The notes under the pieces: generated by a model
Told to the model about the DNA's origin: nothing
The model's database searches: none
The model's input: the letters and a program-made list of their open reading frames with translations, nothing else
Made by a program: the position numbers and the translations under genes
UHGV virus genome: UHGV-1439128
Reading direction: 5' to 3' (one strand)
Origin: a virus
DNA length: 18,841 bases
Shown: positions 1 to 8,583 of the stretch, in pieces
Numbering within the stretch: position 1 is the stretch's first letter
How the letters are laid out: each line of letters begins with the position of its first letter

Positions 1-53
1 TGTCCCTGGGGTCAGTAGAGCCCAACTGATTATTTGTTCCATATATAGTCATG
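1..53 (-). CDS. 5' end of a further downstream ORF, truncated by the window edge (possibly a tail fibre gene)
   Basis: ATG at 53..51 with GGAG about 5 nt upstream; frame open to the window edge (MTIYGTNNQLGSTDPRD...); lies immediately downstream of the host-specificity gene, where lambdoid phages carry fibre genes. Only 17 codons are visible. Confidence 0.3.
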
Positions 54-105
54 CTTGCTCCGCGCATAAAGCCCGCCGAAACGGGTCAGATAATTTGAAT
101 TGCTG

Positions 106-3100
106 TTAAGCGGCGTCGCCAGGATATGTGGCGTCGTCGTAAGCATATTTGCCTGGGTGATACTGAATGGCTGTTACCTGACTGATCCCGTCATTACCCG
201 GAGTTATCTCTCCAATCAGCGCGTCATACGGCACACGGACAGAGGAGCAGAACAGCAGGCGCGGTTGCTCAATGCACGGGTCGTTCATTACCCACAAATC
301 CGGCTCCAGCGATGCGCTGTACGGTACCGATATGGTGAAGTCATCAATACGTGTCAGGGTAAGCATTTCGGATGCGCGACCATCCTGGAGACGCATAATA
401 ACGCGCGGGTTTTCAAAAGACCAGTCAGGCTCCTCGCTGAGCGTCATGGTGATTTTGCTGCTGTCATACGTCATATCGGTAATCAGGCAGCTCAGCTGCT
501 GACCGCCAGGTATGTCATCAGCCATTACAATACGATCCATAAACTCATAACAGAGCGCATCCATTTCCGTTGAGGTCGTGTGCTGCAAGCGCTGCAGCTG
601 GTAGCCCAGCAACCGGCGCATGCCGATGCGGTAGGCCCGATCCTCATCCAGAACGCCATCCAATGCGTAACTCTCTATTTTCAGCGGCGTAGGGTTGCCT
701 GGCATGCGGCACTGCACGGTTTCTTCTGCCCAGGTGGTGCCGTTGATATAGGTCACGTCCACGCCGTCGTAATCGTCCTGTGACGGGGCTTTAAACGCGG
801 TCTGCAGTTCCTCGGTGGTTTCCTGTGGGGTGATCATGCCTACCCAGGGTTTAATGCCTTCCCTGCCGGCAGAAGCCAGGCCGTCAGACAGCAAGAAATA
901 GCCCATCCCGGCGTTGGTGATTTTCTGCAGTATCTCAAGGGCTGACTTACTCTCACCGCTCGCCCAGTCGAACTTCTCCCCGCGGGGCGTCCAGTAGGTT
1001 TGCTCCAGCGCATCAATCGCCGCCGTGTCAATCTGGCTGGTCGTGAACCCCAGCGACTCCAGCACATGGTAAAGCGCCCCGCTGATGCTCCGCGCCGTTC
1101 TGCCGCCGCTGTAAATCCGGGTTGGTGTGACACTTATCCGGCGATCGGACATGGCCGCCAGGCGATTCCCTGTGCGCACGGTCAGCGCCATGGTGGTGAC
1201 TCCGTCGTACTTCGTGGGGCGCTTTCTCAGCCGGGAGCGCAGCGCCTGCCAGAAGACCTGGTCACGCGTGCTGCCACCTTTAACCGTTTCAGTGCGGCGC
1301 ATACGGATCTCATACTGACCGGGTGAGACGCTGTAGCGATGCGTAAACCCAATCTGGTTTTCGGTGCTGCGGGAATAGAACGGAGACTGCTGCTGCCAGG
1401 CGGTGGTACCAACCTTGCGATACTGGATCACCAGGCGCACGGGCATGGAGCGCTTGTTACCTTTATCGGTGTAGCGAACCAGCCCGCTCTGGAAGTTGAT
1501 GTTCACTTCGAATGCGTCCATGGTTTCGCCGTCGGGGCAGGCGAGGAACGGCCCCACCCATTCATAATCGTCGCTGACGCCAGTAACGGTCGCGTCCAGA
1601 AGGGTTCGCTCAGTGAATCCGGGCCACGATAGTTCTGGCGTCGTGATGGTCTCACCGCCAGGTCCGGTGGTGACTGCAATCCTCTCAACCGTGACCGTCT
1701 GGCTGTCCACGTCGGTGATCCGGAACTGATTGCCAGCCAGCCCCAGAGAGAACCGCTGGATGCCTTCCGGCAGACCGGTGAATGGCGTGCCAGTGGCGCT
1801 ATTGTAGGCCAGGGTAATGTGCGCCCTCACTTCCGCAGTGCCGCCAGTTGATTTCACGCCAGCCGTATTAACCGGAGCATCACCGAACACAGCAACGGGT
1901 AACGGGCTGTTCGTAATGGACCCGCCAGCATAGGGGCTGCTGGCCTCGCCAATTTCAAGCCGCCCACTGTTATCGCGCGCGACCAGGCCGGAACCGGACA
2001 ATTGCGAGGTGATCGAGGAAACCAGCCCTGACATGGTGACATAGTTGGTCACCAGCGATACCGGGTAAGTCGTGCCCTGCCAACTGATGCTGAACGTCAC
2101 AGGCGTGGTGCTGAAATCGTAGGTCGTCGGCGCTGCACTGGCTGTGATTCTGGCGGCGCTACCGCCTACCCCCGGCACCGCCGGAACGCCAGGGGCGTAG
2201 CTGGCGATCACCAGATCGTAGTCGTTGCCGTTATAGTTCAGGGATACTGGCATGCCGACCACTGGTGCCAGTTCCTCTACTCCGCCATAAATCACGCTGT
2301 AACCGCCGGACGACACGACCGTATAGGAGTTTGGTGCCAGCACGGTGATCACCGTTCCGACCGTCCAGGACGGCGGGATCTCCTCATCCCCAGACGACGA
2401 TACGTCAACCAGCGTGATGGAGTTTCCGGACACGACCAGCGCATCAGCGATAATACTGACCGTCTCCGGGCCGCTTGAGCCCAGGTCCAGCCCGGCGGTA
2501 CCGGAGCCGGTATTGCCGACCTCTGGTGAGTTGAACCAGTTTTCAGTGCGCGTGTCGCCGGATACCGTGGCGCCAGGCGGGTAGAGGGTGTAACGCACGT
2601 CCGTACCGAAAGCAGAGATTGGCGTATTACCGATCCGGATATCGGACTGGTTAATCACCATGTCCCCGACACCCACGCACAGAAACATGCTGGTTTCCAT
2701 GCTGGTCTCGTTGACGAACCGGCTAACCGGCTGCACGACGTAATCAGGCCAGACGCGATATTTGCCGAAGATTTCCCGGATGGGGTCTCCCAGCTTCGCC
2801 GCGTTCGCTTTTGCCGGGTTGAGGTCAATCTGGTCGCCGCTGGCCGCCTGGGCACCGCCGCCGCCAGCCTGAGACATTGTGCTCATCATGTAGATGCTGT
2901 ACGCAGCAGAGGCGACGGCTACGCTGACGGCAACCCAGATCGCGATTTCTGCGCCGGTACCGTACGGCACCGGATACATCCTGACGTCGGTTTCTCGCTT
3001 GATAACGCACAGTGGCCACTCTGCCGCCGGGACGGGAACGCCGTCGATTTCAACCGCGACCGGGTGCTGCTGATCCGGTGTCCAGTCCTTCACGTTCTGC

Positions 3101-3189
3101 GTAAACCAGGTGCTGAGGGTCATCGTTTCGTGTTCGTGCTTTTCCAGCGGTTCGCCCGGCAAGCGGGATGGATAGATTCGGATCGTCAC
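106..3189 (-). CDS. Host-specificity / central tail tip protein (J-like, TipJ-type), 1027 aa
   Basis: Very long ORF at the distal end of the tail module, after the tape measure and three small tail-tip genes; 4-nt ATGA overlap with the upstream gene; Gly/Thr/Ser/Val-rich beta-type composition typical of tail tip proteins. Family assigned from position and composition, not from a search. Confidence 0.75.
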   Translation of the reverse strand: MTIRIYPSRLPGEPLEKHEHETMTLSTWFTQNVKDWTPDQQHPVAVEIDGVPVPAAEWPLCVIKRETDVRMYPVPYGTGAEIAIWVAVSVAVASAAYSIYMMSTMSQAGGGGAQAASGDQIDLNPAKANAAKLGDPIREIFGKYRVWPDYVVQPVSRFVNETSMETSMFLCVGVGDMVINQSDIRIGNTPISAFGTDVRYTLYPPGATVSGDTRTENWFNSPEVGNTGSGTAGLDLGSSGPETVSIIADALVVSGNSITLVDVSSSGDEEIPPSWTVGTVITVLAPNSYTVVSSGGYSVIYGGVEELAPVVGMPVSLNYNGNDYDLVIASYAPGVPAVPGVGGSAARITASAAPTTYDFSTTPVTFSISWQGTTYPVSLVTNYVTMSGLVSSITSQLSGSGLVARDNSGRLEIGEASSPYAGGSITNSPLPVAVFGDAPVNTAGVKSTGGTAEVRAHITLAYNSATGTPFTGLPEGIQRFSLGLAGNQFRITDVDSQTVTVERIAVTTGPGGETITTPELSWPGFTERTLLDATVTGVSDDYEWVGPFLACPDGETMDAFEVNINFQSGLVRYTDKGNKRSMPVRLVIQYRKVGTTAWQQQSPFYSRSTENQIGFTHRYSVSPGQYEIRMRRTETVKGGSTRDQVFWQALRSRLRKRPTKYDGVTTMALTVRTGNRLAAMSDRRISVTPTRIYSGGRTARSISGALYHVLESLGFTTSQIDTAAIDALEQTYWTPRGEKFDWASGESKSALEILQKITNAGMGYFLLSDGLASAGREGIKPWVGMITPQETTEELQTAFKAPSQDDYDGVDVTYINGTTWAEETVQCRMPGNPTPLKIESYALDGVLDEDRAYRIGMRRLLGYQLQRLQHTTSTEMDALCYEFMDRIVMADDIPGGQQLSCLITDMTYDSSKITMTLSEEPDWSFENPRVIMRLQDGRASEMLTLTRIDDFTISVPYSASLEPDLWVMNDPCIEQPRLLFCSSVRVPYDALIGEITPGNDGISQVTAIQYHPGKYAYDDATYPGDAA

Positions 3190-3566
3190 TGGTAATACTC
3201 CACGCGGACAAAACGGCGCACAAACCGCGCCAGCGGCAAAAAGGTTACGTTAGTGCGGGGATTGCACTCTGCGGCGCGCAGCTGGCCATTAATCTCGACA
3301 ACGATGGCAACGTGTGTCACGACTGAGCCGGAATAACAGGCGATACCCGCGCCCGGGGCCGGTTCACATCGCGACAGGCCAGCCATCAGTCCGCGCGCTT
3401 CCCGATCGAGGCCGTTATCATCCTTCGTCACTCCGGCGAAATCAGGCCACGGCGTCAGGCCAAGATCGCGCCTGATTTCATTGACGATGCCAAAGCAGTC
3501 CAGCGCGGGGTAAGCGCGCCCTCCCTTCTGCCACTCGACAGAACGGTATTTATCAGGATTGAACAT
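3186..3566 (-). CDS. NlpC/P60 (C40) peptidase-like minor tail protein, 126 aa
   Basis: Contains 'DCFGIV' (candidate catalytic Cys) and downstream 'VTHVAIVV' (candidate His), matching the NlpC/P60 Cys...His pattern; sits where lambda K-like tail peptidases sit, directly before the host-specificity gene. Confidence 0.6.
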   Translation of the reverse strand: MFNPDKYRSVEWQKGGRAYPALDCFGIVNEIRRDLGLTPWPDFAGVTKDDNGLDREARGLMAGLSRCEPAPGAGIACYSGSVVTHVAIVVEINGQLRAAECNPRTNVTFLPLARFVRRFVRVEYYQ

Positions 3567-3575
3567 GGTGATTCC

Positions 3576-4064
3576 CTATTGCAGGTAACGTAGTCCGGGG
3601 AATAGTGGGAGCGTATAGCGAAATCTGGGCCACGCCGTATCGAGGATGTTCATGTAGCCAGCGGTGATTTGCACTTCCGTTGCGGTCCATGAGCCCTCTT
3701 TAATAGCCAGGGTGAATGGCGGAGAGGCAGGTGCCGACAAATCGGTGGAAATATAACGTCGAAAGGTCAAAGAGGCATTGCTGAGGTTGTCGAGTGCATT
3801 ACGGATTGCAGTCGATACCACACCGTCGATATTGCTGATGGCGAACTTGAGATCCTGAGTTCCATCGGAATTGCGTGCCGGCAGCGCTACATCAATGGCA
3901 GAGCCGGTGAAAGTGGCTTGCGCTCCGGTTTCAAGGGTAACAGTAATATCATCCCATCCGCGGGTCAGCCAGTAGCTCTGGCCGCCAACATTAATCTGCA
4001 GGGTATCAAGTATGACCTCTTCGCCAGAGGAGGCATAAAGTCGTTTCAGCACGGAACTGGTCAT
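3576..4064 (-). CDS. Minor tail / tail tip assembly protein, 162 aa
   Basis: ORF between tape measure and host-specificity genes; ATGA overlap with the upstream 157-aa gene; 9-nt gap to the next gene. Exact family not determinable by eye. Confidence 0.55.
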   Translation of the reverse strand: MTSSVLKRLYASSGEEVILDTLQINVGGQSYWLTRGWDDITVTLETGAQATFTGSAIDVALPARNSDGTQDLKFAISNIDGVVSTAIRNALDNLSNASLTFRRYISTDLSAPASPPFTLAIKEGSWTATEVQITAGYMNILDTAWPRFRYTLPLFPGLRYLQ

Positions 4065-4534
4065 GCTTCTGGCCCCTCCTCATTTAACGCAAAATCGAAG
4101 ATGTCAGATCCGGCCACCAACTCAGGAAAGAATCCCCAACCAGGCGGTAGCAAAGGTCGCTCCCACAATTCCAGCTGTGCACTGAAGCGCCAGTATTTAG
4201 GTGGCACCAGGGTCGGGCCCTCATAGGCATCATCGGTAAACCGACATTTATAGGTTTGCTGACAACCAAGTGGCGTCTGCAGCCTCATCAGAAACCACGC
4301 AGCACCATCCGTAAGCACATCACGAAACCAGGATTCAAACAGCTGCGCCTGGTTATTTTTCGTGAAAATCCAGTTCACGGTGGCGATCGTTGGCGTTGAC
4401 GTGTACTTGCGCCGTTGTCGTGAACGGCCTGAAGTTGCTTGCGTTCTCTGTAGAGGGCTGACAGGTTTAAAACCATAGCCATCCTGAAGTGGCATCGGCA
4501 GATAATCGTGCGGGTACGATGCTAAATCCGCCAT
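4061..4534 (-). CDS. Minor tail protein (distal tail / M-like position), 157 aa
   Basis: Start ATG at 4534..4532 overlaps the tape measure stop by 1 nt (TAATG); AGGAGG lies 8 nt upstream; first gene after the tape measure. Confidence 0.55.
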   Translation of the reverse strand: MADLASYPHDYLPMPLQDGYGFKPVSPLQRTQATSGRSRQRRKYTSTPTIATVNWIFTKNNQAQLFESWFRDVLTDGAAWFLMRLQTPLGCQQTYKCRFTDDAYEGPTLVPPKYWRFSAQLELWERPLLPPGWGFFPELVAGSDIFDFALNEEGPEA

Positions 4535-7500
4535 TATGATTGCCTCCTGTTCGGATACATGGATTTCAAGGCTCGGCCAAAGTCATTGTCAGGTTTGACA
4601 ACCTGGGCGGCCATTTCTTTACGGATTGAAACTGCCAACTGTCGGTTTCGCTGGTCAATCGCCATCAGCGTTGCGTCGTCAGGTTTGCCTGTGAATGAAT
4701 TTTGGATGTGAAAGGTCCCACCAGCAGAAGCCTGCCGGGACTGCTGAACCCTCTCCAGGGTTGCGTCCAGTTTGGCCGACGTGCTGGCAGTAACTACTCG
4801 CTCCCCTTTTTGCAGCAACCAGGTTCCAGTTTCCGGCACACGGTCAATCCCATCATGCGCCATGCCAGCGAGCGATTGCCCGGCGATCATCGCTACTGAT
4901 GCGTAGCCGACAGCGCGGATTGCTGTGGCCGCAGGTATCCCCATAATAAGGCCGCCTTCCGCCATAGCTTTAGTTGCTGCAAGCTCGGTGTTGATCACGG
5001 CCTGCGCCATAGCGGCCGCCTTGCTGGCGATGAATAGCGTTTTATAGGCGATACTGCCTTCCTGTCCGATGCTCTGTAGCATCTGCGCTGACTGACCCGC
5101 CAGGTCAGAGAACATGGCCAGGCTGGCAGTTGTGTATCCCGCCTGAATGCTCTCTAATTGCGAAGCATTCTGCTTATTGATTTCAGCGACACGGTCTGCA
5201 TAGGTTTGCTCGTTGATCTCCTTTTGATCGAGCAGCTCTTTCTGCATTTCCAATTGAGTGTCGTACCATTTTGCCAGTTCCTTCTGCGCATCAGCGACAC
5301 GTATAAGTTCGCCGCTGGCACCACCGACGGAAGAATCGATACCGCCAAACTTCGGCGCTTCCTGAACTGAAGCTTTCGAGATGCGCTCCATGGTCTTACG
5401 GTATTCTTCGGTCGCTGGCGCGGCATCGCGCAGCAACTTAATACGTTCCCGAGTGGTGTTTAGCAGCGCCTCTTCTGGTTTCAGCAGATCTTCATTCAGG
5501 GATTTCAGGCGCTCAACCGCGTTGAGGTGATCAAGCGCTGCGGAGTTACGCAGCAGTTCTGCCTTTTGGCTTTCAGTTAAAGCGGCTAACTCCCCTCGGG
5601 TAACCTGATATTTGGTTTTGGCGAGATCGGTGCTTTGCCCGGAGAGAGCGATCTGCTCTTGCTGCTGGCTGATGAGACGCTTGTAAGTTTCTTCCAGCTT
5701 CTCAGATGCTTTTTGCTCGTCAGATTTGGGCGTTTTTTTCTGAGGTTTGCTGGCCTCGTTGTTGCGCCAGGCTTCCAGGCTTGTGCCGATGTAATTCTGT
5801 CGAGCAGTCTGGAACTCGGGATCGTTGGTGAGGCCAAGAGCATCAGCAGAAAACCCAAGGCGCGCTCGCTCGCGCGCTTCGCCTTTGAGTTTTGACAGCT
5901 CCAGGTCCTGCCTTGCCTTCTCTAAAGCATCAGCCTGCTTGCCGCTAATTTCAGCCTGTGGCATTCGCATCGGAACGGCGGCAAGCCCCTGTCGCGCTAT
6001 CAGTAAACTATTGCCCAGCCCCAGCAGGCGGTTAAATTCCGTGTGCTGTCCATTCATCATCAGCAGTGACTGGTAGGCTGCATTCTGCTCGGCGGCCTGC
6101 TGGCGAATTAAAGCAACCCTGCGGTTTTCAAGTCCCTCAAGCACACTTTGAATGTCCTGAGATTTTGCCTGCATCTGGCCCAACCGCTCTTGCTCGACTG
6201 CCAGAGCCGCGGTGGCATTTTCTAACCCCCGTGTGGCCGTTTCTACAGAAGTTAAGTGGTTGATCATGAAGCCACCGCTGGTTGTCGGTCCAGGGTTGGC
6301 TAGCACATACTGATAACCAGCAATTTCTTCCTTAAGGCTTTTCACCTTAGATGACTGAACATCAACCAAACGGTTTTGCTCATCCAGAGCCTGCCGGGTT
6401 TTGGCCTGATTGTCGGTGGTTTCAGGAAGGCTGAGGTTCTTTGTGCTGGCGCGAACCTCTTCGATGGTGGATGCGTATTCCTGTGCGGATCTACGAGCCT
6501 GCTCCTGGTTTTGGTACATGGTATACCATGCACCCGCGCCAAGCATGACCAGGCCCGGCACTCCACCGATCAGACCCAGCGCGCCACCCATCAGCCGCGA
6601 TCCAACGGCTGTCACGTTATTCAAAGCCCCTTGCGCGGCAGTCCTGGCGGCAATATTACGCCCCAAAGATTGCTGAGCTGCTGAAAGACGCTTTTCCGCT
6701 GCAGCTTGAGCATCAGTACCGCGTGCGGCAACCACCGCCTGTTGTGCGCGATACACAGCCGCGCGAGCTCGCGCCGTAGAAATCTGAGTACCGCGCACTT
6801 GGGCTTCGGCCAAAGCAACTTCGCTTTTTGCTGCGTTCAACACGCCAGCAGTCGCTGATGCGGTGCCGGATACAATGCCACCAAGATATCTCGCCAGACC
6901 AACGGCAACCAGTGCACCTGCTGCAGTTGCCACTGAATCAATATTTTCGGCCAGGGAGTCGAGTCCGCCAACCAGGGAGCTGGTCGCACCGCTCGCCTGG
7001 TTGGCGCCGCCAACCCAGGCCATAAAGGCGTTTTCCACACGTTGCACTGAAGCCGCGACGGTCGCGCCCATCTGGGCACCCTCAGTTTGTACCCTGGATA
7101 GCTGACCGAGCAAAGCTGGCATTACAGTGTTTGCCGTAAGTTGCCCCGCTTCTGCCATCGCGCGCAACTGCCCGACATTAACGCCAAGGCCATCAGCCAG
7201 CGCCTGAGCGAACCTCCCTCCGTTTTCCATGATAGAGTTGAACTCATCCCCGCGCAGCACACCTGACGCCATAGACTGGCCGAACTGGGTGATCACCGCA
7301 GAGGCTTCACTCGCACCGGCACCAGAAAGTCGGAGTGTTGTGGCCACCAGCTCAGTAACCTTTGCAGTATCGGATGCTGTATAGCCCAACTGCTTAAGCG
7401 ACGATGACATGCGCGAGAACATGTTGGTATTTGCCTCTACGCTTGTTCCCGTGCGCTGGCTAATATCCATCAGTACACGCTGGTTCTGAGTGAATTCTTC

Positions 7501-7815
7501 GGCGCTGCCCGAGGCAAGTTTCAGGCGGCTATTGAGCTGAGTCCAGGTATCGGCATAGTTGATCAGCTGTTGGGTTGCGAACGCACCAGCAAAAGCCCCA
7601 CCCAAACCCATTGCTGCAGATTTTGTTTCATTGAGTTGAGCCGACACCTCGGCCAGGGCTGTGCGGGTATCTCGCGAAGCGGCCGCAGCCTGCCGTCCGC
7701 CGTTCTGCATGGTTTTGTAGTAGTCACTTCCCATGCGTGAGGCGCGGGCAATCTCTGACTGAAACGACTGGGAGTTTGCTGAGATTTTTATAATCAGTTC
7801 ACGCAGAGTTGCCAT
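4534..7815 (-). CDS. Tail tape measure protein, 1093 aa
   Basis: Very long Ala/Gln/Glu/Leu-rich, predicted coiled-coil protein with an internal Gly-rich hydrophobic segment (GGALGLIGGVPGLVMLGAGAW); located just downstream of the frameshifted chaperone pair, the conserved tape measure position. Confidence 0.85.
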   Translation of the reverse strand: MATLRELIIKISANSQSFQSEIARASRMGSDYYKTMQNGGRQAAAASRDTRTALAEVSAQLNETKSAAMGLGGAFAGAFATQQLINYADTWTQLNSRLKLASGSAEEFTQNQRVLMDISQRTGTSVEANTNMFSRMSSSLKQLGYTASDTAKVTELVATTLRLSGAGASEASAVITQFGQSMASGVLRGDEFNSIMENGGRFAQALADGLGVNVGQLRAMAEAGQLTANTVMPALLGQLSRVQTEGAQMGATVAASVQRVENAFMAWVGGANQASGATSSLVGGLDSLAENIDSVATAAGALVAVGLARYLGGIVSGTASATAGVLNAAKSEVALAEAQVRGTQISTARARAAVYRAQQAVVAARGTDAQAAAEKRLSAAQQSLGRNIAARTAAQGALNNVTAVGSRLMGGALGLIGGVPGLVMLGAGAWYTMYQNQEQARRSAQEYASTIEEVRASTKNLSLPETTDNQAKTRQALDEQNRLVDVQSSKVKSLKEEIAGYQYVLANPGPTTSGGFMINHLTSVETATRGLENATAALAVEQERLGQMQAKSQDIQSVLEGLENRRVALIRQQAAEQNAAYQSLLMMNGQHTEFNRLLGLGNSLLIARQGLAAVPMRMPQAEISGKQADALEKARQDLELSKLKGEARERARLGFSADALGLTNDPEFQTARQNYIGTSLEAWRNNEASKPQKKTPKSDEQKASEKLEETYKRLISQQQEQIALSGQSTDLAKTKYQVTRGELAALTESQKAELLRNSAALDHLNAVERLKSLNEDLLKPEEALLNTTRERIKLLRDAAPATEEYRKTMERISKASVQEAPKFGGIDSSVGGASGELIRVADAQKELAKWYDTQLEMQKELLDQKEINEQTYADRVAEINKQNASQLESIQAGYTTASLAMFSDLAGQSAQMLQSIGQEGSIAYKTLFIASKAAAMAQAVINTELAATKAMAEGGLIMGIPAATAIRAVGYASVAMIAGQSLAGMAHDGIDRVPETGTWLLQKGERVVTASTSAKLDATLERVQQSRQASAGGTFHIQNSFTGKPDDATLMAIDQRNRQLAVSIRKEMAAQVVKPDNDFGRALKSMYPNRRQS

Positions 7816-7829
7816 TCAACTATCCCCGG

Positions 7830-7854
7830 AAATAGAAAACCCCGCATTGCGGGG
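7830..7854 (-). terminator. Intrinsic terminator-like hairpin between tail chaperone and tape measure genes
   Basis: Minus-strand RNA reads CCCCGC-AAU-GCGGGG (6-bp GC stem) followed by UUUUCUAUUU; lies in the 65-bp gap between the chaperone stop (7881) and tape measure start (7815). Confidence 0.5.
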
Positions 7855-7880
7855 TCTGGATTACTAAGTAAAGATGTAAA

Positions 7881-8551
7881 TCATCTGGCGGCTTCCATAA
7901 ATGCAGCTTCCAGACTTGCGAAAGGATCGTTGGTGCTGACCTCTTCAGCATCGCCCGTCCACTGAATGACCGCTTCATCTATCGGCACTTTGACGCCTTG
8001 CGCCCCATAGATTGCCGAAACGAGCTGGGCATTATGAATGTCGCCCCGGACATCCCCGACCGGGCTGGTACGATCGTATTCAGCCCACATCAGTAATTCA
8101 CTGGAAGCCATGGTTTGGCGCAACTCCGCCAGGGTACGCCCCATCCTCAGAGCCAGCGCCATCAGAAACTTCATGCCCGGCGTTGCTACTTTTTTTTGGC
8201 GTCGTCACTGCTGGTTATCAGATCCAGAGCCTGCTTCAGCAGTCGGGAGTGAACCGGGCCGTATACGCCCTGCACCTCTTCGGCATCTTCAGGCGTAAAA
8301 ACAGGCTCCTGATTTTCGTCACAGACCACATCGATAAACAGCGTCACGTCGGCGCGCAGGTTACGCATGGCCTTTTCAGAGACGGAAAGCTCTTCATCGC
8401 TGTCTTTAACGATCTCTTGCCAGCGAAGCCATGCTTCTGCTGATGGCTCACGCAGAATTACCTTGGCACCGCCCCACTCTTTGACGGCTTCAGTTTTATT
8501 GCGGAAGCCGGACAAACGAGCCAGTGCCACCTCACGAATGTTTTTACCCAT
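7881..8551 (-). CDS. Tail assembly chaperone frameshift fusion (lambda GT-like), about 223 aa
   Basis: The 97-aa ORF 7881..8174 lies in the -1 frame relative to 8186..8551 and begins 5 codons after the slippery site; predicted product is ...DDAKKK-VATPG-MKFLMALALRMG.... The arrangement matches the conserved G/GT frameshift of long-tailed phages. Confidence 0.65.
8186..8551 (-). CDS. Tail assembly chaperone (lambda G-like), 121 aa
   Basis: Between major tail and tape measure genes; acidic protein ending ...DDAKKK followed by TAG; its last codons form the slippery heptamer A AAA AAG. Confidence 0.75.
   Translation of the reverse strand: MGKNIREVALARLSGFRNKTEAVKEWGGAKVILREPSAEAWLRWQEIVKDSDEELSVSEKAMRNLRADVTLFIDVVCDENQEPVFTPEDAEEVQGVYGPVHSRLLKQALDLITSSDDAKKK
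8189..8195 (-). other. Candidate -1 programmed ribosomal frameshift site (A AAA AAG)
   Basis: Minus-strand mRNA reads GCC AAA AAA AAG TAG. A -1 slip on A_AAA_AAG continues as GTA GCA ACG CCG GGC ATG AAG TTT CTG ATG..., exactly the frame of the downstream 97-aa ORF (7881..8174). Confidence 0.7.
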
Positions 8552-8583
8552 GTAATTTCTTCGCCGGTTTCCCGGCGCTCCGG

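Noticed and set aside
72-85. Short hairpin (CCCG...CGGG) after the host-specificity gene as a terminator
   Set aside because: Only a 4-bp stem and a weak U-tract; a further ORF appears to start right after it, so termination here is not supported.
100-573. 157-aa plus-strand ORF at the start of the window
   Set aside because: Fully antisense to the 3' end of the host-specificity gene; no RBS; composition typical of a shadow ORF.
5154-5858. Alternative-frame minus-strand ORFs inside the tape measure gene (90 aa each)
   Set aside because: Arg/Ser/Lys-rich low-complexity translations nested in the long tape measure frame; no RBS; expected by chance in a 3.3-kb gene.
7881-8174. 97-aa ORF as an independent gene
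   Set aside because: More parsimoniously the downstream arm of the G/GT-type -1 frameshift product; an in-frame ATG exists, so a stand-alone product cannot be excluded, but the architecture argues for the fusion.
8012-8443. 143-aa plus-strand ORF
   Set aside because: Antisense to the tail chaperone genes; spans the frameshift site on the wrong strand.
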